A stretch of DNA of 64,000 nucleotides from a virus: positions 1 through 64,000 of IMG/VR virus record IMGVR_UViG_3300019458_000005; one strand, given 5' to 3'. The notes beneath the pieces were generated by a model. It was not told the DNA's origin and did no database searches. It was given only the letters and a program-made list of their open reading frames with translations. The position numbers and the translations under genes were made by a program. Shown here in pieces: positions 31,663-40,309 of this stretch (position 1 is the stretch's first letter; every line of letters begins with the position of its first letter).

Positions 31663-34600
31663 ATGAGCGCTGTTGCCGCCGCCCAGGGCCGCATTCAGAT
31701 CAAGCGCTGGTTCACCGCGGCCGCGCGAGACGTGTACGCGGACCTCGAGTGGAAGAAGGTCGACGTCAAAGTCGGTCCGTTCGAACAGAAGGACGTCGAG
31801 GCGCCCACCTTCTGGAGCGAGAGCGCGGTGGGAATTGCCGCCTCCAAGTTCTTCCGCAAGGCCGGCGTGCCTGATGCCGGCACCGAGACCAGCGTGAAGC
31901 AGCTGGTCGAGCGTGTGGTCCAAGCGATCAGGTTGGCCGGAGAGCGCAATGGATACTTCGGAACAAACGCAGGCAGCGCAGACGACTTCATGCGCTCGAA
32001 AATCTTCGAGGACGAGCTCCGCTACCTGCTCATCACCCAGCGCGCGGCCTTCAACAGCCCGGTGTGGTTCAACGTCGGCCTGAAGGAGGCCTACGGGATC
32101 GCCGGAGAACCCGCCGGTAACTGGCGCTACGACGTCAACACCCAGTGCGTTTTACCGACCAAGGACTCCTACACGAACCCCCAGTCGTCGGCCTGCTTCA
32201 TCCAGTCCATCAAGGACGACCTGATGGACATCGCCGAGCACGTTCAGCGTGAGATGCGGATCTTCAAGTACGGCTCGGGCTCCGGGACCAATTACTCGAG
32301 CTTGCGCGCCAAGAACGAAAAGCTCAGCAACGGCGGCTCGAGCTCGGGCGTGCTCTCGTTCCTCGAGGTGTTCGACAAGTCGGCCGGCGCGATCAAGTCC
32401 GGCGGCACCACCCGGCGTGCGGCCAAGATCTGCATCCTCGACGTCGACCACCCGGACATCGAGGAGTTCGTGACCTGGAAGGCGCGCGAGGAGAAGAAGG
32501 CCAAGGCTCTGATCGCCGCCGGCTACGAGAGCGACTTCAACGGCGAGGCCTACCGCACGATCTCGGGCCAGAACGCCAACAACTCGGTTCGCGTGACCGA
32601 CGCCTTCATGAAGGCCGTCGAGACCGACGGCGAGCACGCGCTGCGCTGGAGGACCTCCGGCGACATCGCGAACCGCGTCTCGGCCAAGGCCCTGTTCCGC
32701 ACGATCGCCCAGGCCGCGTGGGAGTGCGCGGATCCGGGCCTCCACTTCGCGGACACGACCAACCGCTGGCATACGTGCCAGGACACGAGCGAGATCCGCG
32801 CGGCCAATCCGTGCGTACCTGGTCACACGCTGATCCTGACCCGGGACGGGGACAGGCGGATCGACAGCCTCGTGGGTCAGCTGGTGGACGTCTGGAACGG
32901 ACTGCAGTGGTCGGCGGTCAGTCCGCGCGTGACCGGCACCAACCAGCCGCTCGTGCGGGTGACCCTGAACGACGGCGCCTTCCTTGACTGCACGCCCACG
33001 CATCAGTTCATCCTCGCGGACGGATCTCGCAGGCCTGCCGGAGAGCTCGCGAAGGGCGAGGAGTTGGGCAAGTTCGAGATGCCACAGGTGGAACCAGGAC
33101 AGCCTCGCTCCCAGTCGCGGACCGTCGAGTCTGTCGAGAGCATCGGCACCGCCGAGAAGGTCTACTGCTTCACGGAGCCGCTGAACCACTCTGGCACGTT
33201 CAACGGCATCGTGACGGGGCAGTGCCAGGAGTACCTCTTCATCGACAACTCGGCCTGCAACCTCGCGAGCCTGAACCTGGTCAGGTTCCAGAAGGACGAC
33301 CTGAGCTTCGACCACGAGGGCTTCGCGCACGCCTGCAGGGTGATGTTCCTCGCGCAGGAGATCCTGGTCGACTACGCCAGCTACCCCACGGCCGAGATCT
33401 GCGAGAACTCGCATCTGTACAGGCCACTGGGCCTGGGCTACGCGAACCTGGGCGCGCTGATCATGCGCTGCGGGCTGCCATACGACTCGGACGACGCGCG
33501 GCAGCTCGCGGCCGAGATCACCTCGCTCATGACCGCGACCGCCTACGAGACCAGCTGCGACATGGCGGCCGCGATGGGTCCGTTCGAGCGCTGGAAGGCC
33601 AACCGGAAGGGCGCGCTCTCGGTTCTGGAGGCGCACTACCTGGCCTTCCGCGATCTGGACCACGACTACTCGCCGATCGGTAGGCGCGCGGTCGACACCT
33701 GGAGTCGGGTCGTGGGCAAGGCGCAGCTCACCGGAATCCGGAACGCCCAGGCGACCCTGATCGCGCCCACCGGCACGATCTCGTTCCTCATGGACTGCGA
33801 CACCACCGGCCTCGAGCCAGAATTCCAGCTGGTCAAGGAGAAGCTCCTGGCTGGGGGCGGCACGCTCTACATCGAGAACCGCTCGATCCGAACCACGCTC
33901 GAGAGCCTTGGCTACATGAACGGCGCCGTGGACCAGATCGTGGACCACATCCGCATGGGCGAGGGGCTCGAGACCTGCAAGCAGCTCGACAAGGCGCACG
34001 TGCCCGTGTTCGACTGCGCGGTCAAGCCGCCCAAGGGCACGCGCGCAATCGACCCCATGGGTCACATCCGGATGCTCGAGGCGATCGCGCCGTTCATCTC
34101 GGGCTCGGCCTCGAAGACGGTCAACTGCCCCCACGAGACCACCGTCGAGGAGATCGAGAAGCTCTACCTCGAAGCCTGGCGACGCGGTCTCAAGGCGATC
34201 GCGGTCTACCGCGAGTCGTCGAAGGGCTGCCAGGTCCTGACCGGAGGCAAGTCGGCACTTCTGCCGGAGACAAAGAGCGCGCAGACCCTGCCACATCCTG
34301 TCGAGACCAAGCGGATGCGCCTCCCCAAGAAGCGCACCGGCTTCACGCAGGAGGCGCGGGTCGCCGGGCAGAAGATCTATGTGCGCACGGGCGAGTATCC
34401 CGACGGGCGCCTGGGCGAGATCTTCATCGACATGGCCAAGGAGGGCGCGACCATGCGGAGCATGGTCAACACCCTGGCTATTGCGGTCTCGCTGGGTCTC
34501 CAGCACGGCGTGCCCCTCGAGGAATACGTGGACGTGTTCACGTACACCAACTTCGCCCCCAACGGAGTCGTGACCGACCACCCGAACATCAAGCTCTGCA

Positions 34601-34857
34601 CGAGCCCGGTCGACTACATCTTCAGGATGCTCGCGCTGGAGTACCTCGGGCGCGAGGACCTCGTACAGCTCCCGCCTAGCGAGATCGACAGCGAGGGCGA
34701 CACGAAGCTCGACCTGCCGCTGCTCAAGCCAGTACAGCCCAGCGCTACCCGCTTCTCGGACGGCAAGCTGTGCCTGAACTGCGGGAACATTGCGACCCGC
34801 CGGGCCGGCAGCTGCTACGTGTGCGAGGTGTGCTTCTCGCAGACCGGCTGCGCCTGA
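31663..34857 (+). CDS. nrdJ: class II (B12-dependent) ribonucleotide reductase interrupted by a mini-intein
   Basis: GGAGGA upstream of ATG 31663. Typical class II blocks include FNSPVWFN, ACFI, GSGSGTNYSSLR, GGTTRRAA, the active-site NPC..SACNLASLNL (once the intein is removed), APTGTIS and SKTVN. C-terminal CLNCG..CYVCEVC ribbon. Confidence 0.85.
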   Translation: MSAVAAAQGRIQIKRWFTAAARDVYADLEWKKVDVKVGPFEQKDVEAPTFWSESAVGIAASKFFRKAGVPDAGTETSVKQLVERVVQAIRLAGERNGYFGTNAGSADDFMRSKIFEDELRYLLITQRAAFNSPVWFNVGLKEAYGIAGEPAGNWRYDVNTQCVLPTKDSYTNPQSSACFIQSIKDDLMDIAEHVQREMRIFKYGSGSGTNYSSLRAKNEKLSNGGSSSGVLSFLEVFDKSAGAIKSGGTTRRAAKICILDVDHPDIEEFVTWKAREEKKAKALIAAGYESDFNGEAYRTISGQNANNSVRVTDAFMKAVETDGEHALRWRTSGDIANRVSAKALFRTIAQAAWECADPGLHFADTTNRWHTCQDTSEIRAANPCVPGHTLILTRDGDRRIDSLVGQLVDVWNGLQWSAVSPRVTGTNQPLVRVTLNDGAFLDCTPTHQFILADGSRRPAGELAKGEELGKFEMPQVEPGQPRSQSRTVESVESIGTAEKVYCFTEPLNHSGTFNGIVTGQCQEYLFIDNSACNLASLNLVRFQKDDLSFDHEGFAHACRVMFLAQEILVDYASYPTAEICENSHLYRPLGLGYANLGALIMRCGLPYDSDDARQLAAEITSLMTATAYETSCDMAAAMGPFERWKANRKGALSVLEAHYLAFRDLDHDYSPIGRRAVDTWSRVVGKAQLTGIRNAQATLIAPTGTISFLMDCDTTGLEPEFQLVKEKLLAGGGTLYIENRSIRTTLESLGYMNGAVDQIVDHIRMGEGLETCKQLDKAHVPVFDCAVKPPKGTRAIDPMGHIRMLEAIAPFISGSASKTVNCPHETTVEEIEKLYLEAWRRGLKAIAVYRESSKGCQVLTGGKSALLPETKSAQTLPHPVETKRMRLPKKRTGFTQEARVAGQKIYVRTGEYPDGRLGEIFIDMAKEGATMRSMVNTLAIAVSLGLQHGVPLEEYVDVFTYTNFAPNGVVTDHPNIKLCTSPVDYIFRMLALEYLGREDLVQLPPSEIDSEGDTKLDLPLLKPVQPSATRFSDGKLCLNCGNIATRRAGSCYVCEVCFSQTGCA
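32812..33222 (+). mobile_element. mini-intein (137 aa, no endonuclease domain) in the NPC active-site motif of nrdJ
   Basis: ..EIRAANP|CVPGHTLILTRDGD..CTPTHQFIL..VYCFTEPLNHSGTFNGIVTGQ|CQEYLFIDNSACNL. The C-terminal residue is Gln and the +1 residue is Cys. Confidence 0.7.
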
Positions 34858-35264
34858 TGCGGCGCACGTTCTACCTGGCAGGCTCGAGCGAGCGCGCCAC
34901 CGGTCTCAAGCGGAAGGCGCAGGAGCTCGAGCAGCGCATGTTGCGCTGCTTGTGCATGTGGATGAACGACGTGCCCAAGTTCGGAGCCTCGGGGTTCGAA
35001 GGGAGCTCACCGGCCGAGCAGAGCGCGATGGTTTACGAGGACATCCTCGCCTGTCAGGCCGCCGACCTGTTCGTAGCCGTGATCGGAAACGAGACGCACA
35101 GCCGCGGGACCTACATGGAGATCGGCGCACGCCTGGGCGTCAACAAGCCCGTCCACATCGTACTCGACTGTCCGGAGGCGCCGATCCACCTGTTCTTCAA
35201 GCATCCTCTAGTCACGGTTCACGAGGGCTGGTTCGCCTTCCTGAACCGCGAAGTAGCTTCATGA
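34857..35264 (+). CDS. nucleoside 2-deoxyribosyltransferase-like protein
   Basis: FYLAGS..DLFVAVIG..SRGTYMEIGARLGVNKPV pattern. TGATG overlap with the nrdJ stop. Confidence 0.5.
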   Translation: MRRTFYLAGSSERATGLKRKAQELEQRMLRCLCMWMNDVPKFGASGFEGSSPAEQSAMVYEDILACQAADLFVAVIGNETHSRGTYMEIGARLGVNKPVHIVLDCPEAPIHLFFKHPLVTVHEGWFAFLNREVAS

Positions 35265-35554
35265 GAACGCTCGAAGAGATCGCGAACGCGCCGTGCTCGG
35301 GTGACGTGATCGTGCTGCGCAGCGGACACGTGACCTACGAGGTGCTCGAGGCCTCCTTGAGCATGCAGCCGCTTCTTCGGTTGAGCGACGCGGTCCTGGC
35401 CCGCCGCACCTCGGTCCGAAACGACGTCTACGAGGGCGTCGGGCAGGTCTTGCTCTCGAAGGCGGCCTGGCGCGACCTGGTCCTGTTCGGGGCGTGCGCC
35501 GCGGTTCAGGTCAGCAACTCGGCGACGGTCGAGAACGTCGAGTCGCTTCAGTAG
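35261..35554 (+). CDS. hypothetical protein (97 aa)
   Basis: ATG 35261 forms an ATGA overlap. Confidence 0.5.
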   Translation: MRTLEEIANAPCSGDVIVLRSGHVTYEVLEASLSMQPLLRLSDAVLARRTSVRNDVYEGVGQVLLSKAAWRDLVLFGACAAVQVSNSATVENVESLQ

Positions 35555-35684
35555 CGTTCCCCCCTTGTAACCCCTGTCACCTCTCGGCTACGCTTCTCCC
35601 CACGCAGCCGAGGCCGAGCCCGAGACGCAACCCGAGCGCTGGCAACGTCAGTGCTCTTGTTGAACACGGGCAAGGCGGGTTACC

Positions 35685-36212
35685 TTGGGTCCGGAGACCA
35701 CGCCGTCCACCGTCGCGAAGCTAGGGAGAGTCGTTCCGCCGTCCACACGTCTACGAGAAGATGGCCGCGAGTTCCGTCCGACCTACAAGACCTCTCGCTG
35801 CTTTCAGCTCATCGACGCTTGCTCTGCGGAAGCTGACCCGGCCCGTCGCGCGCTCCTTCTCGCCGAGCTCGAGCTGGAGCTGGGAAACCTGGAGGTGCGC
35901 CAAGGCGTGGCTGCGGCCCGCTACGCGGTCGAGGCGCTCGAGGCCTTGGTCGACTACACGGTCAGCAACGGTGGGGTCAAGGTGGGTCGGCGCGGACAAA
36001 AGCCGGCTCCCGAGTACCTGACCAGGCTGCTCGAGCAAGTCGACCTGGCAGAGAGCACCCTCGATCAGATCTCGGAGGCCCTGCGCTCCTACCTCCAGCT
36101 GAAACCTCACCAGGATCGGTTGGAGATGTGGCGCTTGGCTCGGACGGCCCGGAACCTGCTCCGGGCAGCCGCCAAGAGATTCCAGCGTCTGCGGAACCCG
36201 TCAGCCAGCTAG
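35685..36212 (+). CDS. hypothetical helical protein (start uncertain, TTG)
   Basis: ORF track. Ends ..FQRLRNPSAS. Confidence 0.4.
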   Translation: MGPETTPSTVAKLGRVVPPSTRLREDGREFRPTYKTSRCFQLIDACSAEADPARRALLLAELELELGNLEVRQGVAAARYAVEALEALVDYTVSNGGVKVGRRGQKPAPEYLTRLLEQVDLAESTLDQISEALRSYLQLKPHQDRLEMWRLARTARNLLRAAAKRFQRLRNPSAS

Positions 36213-36240
36213 GCGCCCCTCGAGGCCCCTGGAGGCTCGC

Positions 36241-37803
36241 GTGGCCAACGGGATCCTGGTCAATAACCTGATCGCCGCCGGGCTCGTCCGTCCGCCGGCC
36301 TGGCAGTCGGCCGCGATGCGCGGCTTCGGGATGGGGGGCCTGGGGAAGGGTCCGGCCGGACCCAGCCAGGAGGCCGTGTCCGCCTCCCAGCGGACCTACG
36401 AGACTACCTACCAGGCGATCGTGTCCCTGATCAACCAGATCCAAGGCGCAGCGCGCGAGGTCGATCAGGCCAGCGGCGGCCTCGACGAGCCGGCGGTGCG
36501 CTCGCTGGTCGACGACGCGATGCTGATCTCGCAGGACGCGCAAGACCGCCTCTCGGAGGCGCGCTCGATCTACGAGCTCGAGCAGGGCTGGGTCGAGTCG
36601 GCCGTTGCCGAGCAGGCGCACGGCGGGTGGGCCTTCGGGCGCGAGTTCGTGCTCACCGCGGCCGGCGCGAGCGCGCAGGGCAACCGCTCAGGCGTGCCGC
36701 TCATGGCCTGGAACAAGGACCAGATCCTGGGCGCGGCCGCCAAGGCCCTGACCTCGATCCAGCGCGGCCTGGCCACGAACCTGGGCCAGCTGCGCGGGCT
36801 GCGCGAGGCCGTCCTGACCAAGGTCAAGCTCACCAAGCAGGCTGCGGCGCAGCAGGCCACGATCGACCTGCGTCAGCAGCAGGAGCAGGCCAAGGTCGAT
36901 CAGCTGGCCGCGATCCGCCAGAAGATCGAGGAGGACAAGCTTCGCCGTGAGGAGGAGGCCGCGACCCGAGCGCAGCTGTTCGCCGAACAGCAGGCGCAGC
37001 GCGCGCAGGAGCTCGAGGAGCGCCGGCAGCAGGCCGCGATCGACAGCGAGAACCGCCGCATCGCGATGCAGGAGCAGCTCGAGCAGTCCCGCATCCGCGC
37101 CGAAGAGCAGCGCCTCAACGCGCAGCTCCAGGCCGAGGCGCAGTCGGCCGCGCTCGAGCAGGCCCGCCTTCAGCAGGAGGTCCAGACCTCGCAGGCTGCC
37201 TCGCAGTTCCAGCTCCAGCTGGAGCAGCAGCGGCAGGCCGCGCTCGTCCAGGCCGAGCTCTCGAAGCTCATGCCTCCTCCGCCACCACTCTATGGGGCGG
37301 GCGCGCTCGCAGTACCCGGCTACGGGATGCCCCAGGGCGCGATCCCGCAGCCCATGATCCCGCCGGGCTGGGACGCCTACTCGGCCGCGGCACAGGCCGG
37401 GGCCACGGCGGCGTTCCCGCAGGTGTGGTCGCCGATCGGCCCGCAGGAGCTCCCCACCATGGCCATGCCGGCCCCTCAGGGCGGCTGGTCGCCCGGAGGC
37501 GAGATGTTCGGCATGGGCGCCATGGCTCCCGGGACGTTCTCTCCCGCCTCGGCGGGTCGGATCCAGCCGACCGGCCTCGAGTCGGTAGCCAACTTCCTGA
37601 GCACGTTGGCGGCTCCGGCCGCGAATGTGATCGACGCGGTCCGCGGGACTCCGCGAGCGCCGGCCATGTCGTCCTCGAGCTCGGGTCCGGACCTCGGGAA
37701 CCTGCTCCTGGCCGGCGTCGCGATCGCTGGCGCGATCTACGTGGGCAAGAAGGTCCTGGGCGGCAAGAAGACGAGCCGCTCCCGCAGCCGGCGGCGCCGG
37801 TAG
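36241..37803 (+). CDS. Gln-rich coiled-coil protein with C-terminal membrane anchor and Arg tail
   Basis: GGAGG 5 nt upstream of the GTG. About 170 aa of Q/E/R/A coiled coil. Ends LGNLLLAGVAIAGAIYVGKKVLGGKKTSRSRSRRRR. Confidence 0.7.
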   Translation: MANGILVNNLIAAGLVRPPAWQSAAMRGFGMGGLGKGPAGPSQEAVSASQRTYETTYQAIVSLINQIQGAAREVDQASGGLDEPAVRSLVDDAMLISQDAQDRLSEARSIYELEQGWVESAVAEQAHGGWAFGREFVLTAAGASAQGNRSGVPLMAWNKDQILGAAAKALTSIQRGLATNLGQLRGLREAVLTKVKLTKQAAAQQATIDLRQQQEQAKVDQLAAIRQKIEEDKLRREEEAATRAQLFAEQQAQRAQELEERRQQAAIDSENRRIAMQEQLEQSRIRAEEQRLNAQLQAEAQSAALEQARLQQEVQTSQAASQFQLQLEQQRQAALVQAELSKLMPPPPPLYGAGALAVPGYGMPQGAIPQPMIPPGWDAYSAAAQAGATAAFPQVWSPIGPQELPTMAMPAPQGGWSPGGEMFGMGAMAPGTFSPASAGRIQPTGLESVANFLSTLAAPAANVIDAVRGTPRAPAMSSSSSGPDLGNLLLAGVAIAGAIYVGKKVLGGKKTSRSRSRRRR

Positions 37804-37818
37804 AAGCGAGCGCGCTCC

Positions 37819-38700
37819 ATGCTTCTCACGCTCGATCAGCTGGAGCGGCTCGAGTCGCTCAAGCAGCTCGCCAAGCGAGATCCGCGCTGGGCCATGGCGC
37901 TCGGGCACCGGAACGCCGGCTACACCGGCATGGGTGCCTGGCACGCCAACCACGGGGCGATCTTGCCCGCGCCCATGAATCCTCTGGAGACCAGCGGCGT
38001 AGGCCTGCTTGACCCGCAGGCCTACGCCGTGTTGCCAGCGGCCGCGAACCTGGTGATCAACCCGCCTCGAGCGGTGAACCAGATCAGCGGCATGGGCGCG
38101 CTTCCGGCTATGCGCACGGGCGCGCTCTCCCCGGCAGCCAAGGGAGCCGCGCCAACCAAGCCGAAATCGAACTCGGACTTCGACAGGCCGGTGCCGGACT
38201 CTACCAAGGCCAGCTACACGAGCGCGGTCAAGCAGCTCGATGGCATGGACCCAGGCCCCGAGAAGGTCGCGATGGCCAACTCGCTTCGGAGGCAGCTCGA
38301 CGGGCTGCCGGACTGGGGTCCGGACACGAACAGCTACTTCTTCAAGGACTACGACAGCTGGCTCGAGCTCAGTCAGCGCGTGGACGCGGCCCGGATGTCC
38401 TACGTCCCCTCGGGCGCACAGAGCCCGCTCGGACCCGGCGCAGGAGACGGGGGCGGTGGTGGCGGAGGGTTCGGCTCGGCGCTCGACTCGATCGGGAGCT
38501 TCCTCTCCACGATCTCGGGCCCGGCGGCCGACATCATTCGCTTCTCGCGGAACCAGCCGTCACAGCCCAGCTTCGTGGCTCCTCCGCCTGATCCAGGCTT
38601 CCCGTGGGGGAAGTTCGCGATCGGGGTTGGAGTGGCCGCCGGGGTCACGCTGGCTCTTCAGGCCACGAAGAAGCCCGCACACAAGGGAAGGAGCCGCTAG
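37819..38700 (+). CDS. tail-anchored membrane protein (293 aa)
   Basis: Ends FAIGVGVAAGVTLALQATKKPAHKGRSR. Shares the module L(E/D)S(V/I).(N/S)FLST...PAA(N/D)(V/I)I with the preceding protein. Confidence 0.65.
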   Translation: MLLTLDQLERLESLKQLAKRDPRWAMALGHRNAGYTGMGAWHANHGAILPAPMNPLETSGVGLLDPQAYAVLPAAANLVINPPRAVNQISGMGALPAMRTGALSPAAKGAAPTKPKSNSDFDRPVPDSTKASYTSAVKQLDGMDPGPEKVAMANSLRRQLDGLPDWGPDTNSYFFKDYDSWLELSQRVDAARMSYVPSGAQSPLGPGAGDGGGGGGGFGSALDSIGSFLSTISGPAADIIRFSRNQPSQPSFVAPPPDPGFPWGKFAIGVGVAAGVTLALQATKKPAHKGRSR

Positions 38701-39029
38701 TGCCATCGCTCACCGAGACCATCGGCCTGGCGCGCATGGAGCAGGAGAAGGTCAAGATGATGCTCTCGGCCGCCTCGGCCGCGAGCGCCATCGGCCGCCC
38801 TGCCCAGGCCGCCGCTATCGGCTCCCAGGCCGCGCAGCAAGCCTCAGTCGGCGAGAAGCTGATCATGAAGGTGGCCAGCGCTGGCCAGGCTGCGTTCGCC
38901 GACGAGGCTGCCGAGATCATGCGGCCAAAGCGGTCGCCGCTGCCTTGGCTGATCGGCGGTGTCGTCGGACTCGTGGGCCTGGGGATCCTGTGGAGAAGGA
39001 GCCGGAGCTCCAAGAAGCGCAAGAAGTAG
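38700..39029 (+). CDS. tail-anchored membrane protein (109 aa)
   Basis: GTG 38700 overlaps the upstream TAG. Ends LPWLIGGVVGLVGLGILWRRSRSSKKRKK. Confidence 0.6.
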   Translation: MPSLTETIGLARMEQEKVKMMLSAASAASAIGRPAQAAAIGSQAAQQASVGEKLIMKVASAGQAAFADEAAEIMRPKRSPLPWLIGGVVGLVGLGILWRRSRSSKKRKK

Positions 39030-39033
39030 CTCC

Positions 39034-39390
39034 ATGCTCGCCGACCTGACCTACCGCATGCTCCAGTCGAAGCAGGTCCAGCCGGCCCTCCAGGGAGTCG
39101 GCCTGGGGATCCTGCCCGCGATCCTGGGCGTGCTGGGGGCGGTCGGGCAGGTCGGGACCTCGCTGGCGAGCCCGTTTCTTGAGGAGGCCTCGAAGGGCGA
39201 ACAGCGTGTGGTCGACGCGGCCGCCAGGACATCGATCGCGCAGGAGCTGCAGGTCAGAGCTCAACAGAAGGCGCTCCGAAACCAGCAGCTGGCGCTCGTG
39301 GGCGCCGGACTCCTGGTGATCGGAGGCGTGGGGTACTTCTTCTACCGGCGGCGGAGCCGCTCAACGACCAAGAAGCGGGGGCGCAAGTGA
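39034..39390 (+). CDS. membrane protein with C-terminal anchor (118 aa)
   Basis: Hydrophobic GVGLGILPAILGVLGAVG, plus a C-terminal LALVGAGLLVIGGVGYFFYRRRSRSTTKKRGRK. Confidence 0.6.
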   Translation: MLADLTYRMLQSKQVQPALQGVGLGILPAILGVLGAVGQVGTSLASPFLEEASKGEQRVVDAAARTSIAQELQVRAQQKALRNQQLALVGAGLLVIGGVGYFFYRRRSRSTTKKRGRK

Positions 39391-39701
39391 GCGGCATGGG
39401 CTACATCTCGGCGGGCTACCTGGCTGGCGCCGCCCCCTCGGGCTTCGGCTACCTGGGACAGGATCAGCGGCAACCGCAGTTCATGCAGTCGCAATCGCAG
39501 CAGACCAGCCAGTCCACGTCCGTGAACGCCTCGGCGACCGGCGGGTCGGTGACCGGCTCAGCCAACGTGGGCAGCCGTGTTGGTCCCACCACCTACTACG
39601 GCGGGGGAGGCGGGGGAGGCCAGATCAACTGGGTCCCGATCGCGCTGGGTGTAGCGGTGGGCGTGGCGCTCATGATCTACCTGAGGAGCCGAGGCAAGTA
39701 G
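39387..39701 (+). CDS. tail-anchored membrane protein (104 aa)
   Basis: GTGA-coupled start. Ends INWVPIALGVAVGVALMIYLRSRGK. Paralogue of the next gene. Confidence 0.6.
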   Translation: MSGMGYISAGYLAGAAPSGFGYLGQDQRQPQFMQSQSQQTSQSTSVNASATGGSVTGSANVGSRVGPTTYYGGGGGGGQINWVPIALGVAVGVALMIYLRSRGK

Positions 39702-39703
39702 CC

Positions 39704-39991
39704 ATGCCGCTCTCGGTCGAGGCCATGCAGAAGCTGCAGCACATGTCTGGCTTGCGCCAGATGGGGCGGTTCTCTGGCCTCGGTCAGAGCGCCGCTCAGC
39801 AGTCCTCGCAGCAGACGAACCAGGCCACGACCGTCAACGTCTACGCAGGCGGCGGCAACATCAGCGACTCGGCCAACGTGGGCAGCTCGGTCGGGAAGGT
39901 GATCCAGGCCGCGCAGCTGAACTACGTCCCGATCATGCTCGGTCTCGCGGGAGCCGCCGCGCTGTGGCTCCTGACCGGGAGGCGGCAGTGA
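39704..39991 (+). CDS. tail-anchored membrane protein (95 aa)
   Basis: Ends LNYVPIMLGLAGAAALWLLTGRRQ. Shares QQ.SQ.T...T.VN..A.GG....SANVGS.VG with the preceding protein. Confidence 0.6.
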   Translation: MPLSVEAMQKLQHMSGLRQMGRFSGLGQSAAQQSSQQTNQATTVNVYAGGGNISDSANVGSSVGKVIQAAQLNYVPIMLGLAGAAALWLLTGRRQ

Positions 39992-40308
39992 GGCTCAACG
40001 CTCCAGCGACCAACCGCGGCATGTTCGTGATCGCGATGCCAAGTCGCGGATCCAGCGGTCTGGGAGCTTCCGCGATCCAGGAGATGTTCGACAAGCTCTT
40101 CAACAAGAAGAAGTCGAAGGCGCGCGAGGAGAAGCGCGATCTCGCGGTCAAGAACTACGGCGAGACCGAGCAGGTCGCGCAAGCCGCCACCTTCCAGATC
40201 CAGCAGGCCTCACAGAAGAACGTCATGACCTACCTGGTGGCCGGAGCAGCCGCAGCCGGAGCGCTGGTTCTCCTGGCTGAGCTGCTCTCGCCCCCGAGGG
40301 GACGCTAG
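39988..40308 (+). CDS. tail-anchored membrane protein (106 aa)
   Basis: GTG 39988 forms a GTGA overlap. Ends MTYLVAGAAAAGALVLLAELLSPPRGR. Confidence 0.55.
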   Translation: MRLNAPATNRGMFVIAMPSRGSSGLGASAIQEMFDKLFNKKKSKAREEKRDLAVKNYGETEQVAQAATFQIQQASQKNVMTYLVAGAAAAGALVLLAELLSPPRGR

Positions 40309-40309
40309 C

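Noticed and set aside
32152-34581. An 809-aa ORF antisense to nrdJ, and similar long antisense or alternative-frame ORFs (26812-28668, 42323-44347, 56935-58458, 57489-59969, 27150-28616, 43642-44322).
   Set aside because: They are Arg/Gly/Pro/Ala-rich with no motifs. They overlap genes that have clear family signatures or coupling signals. This is the typical stop-codon-poor shadow ORF of high-GC DNA.
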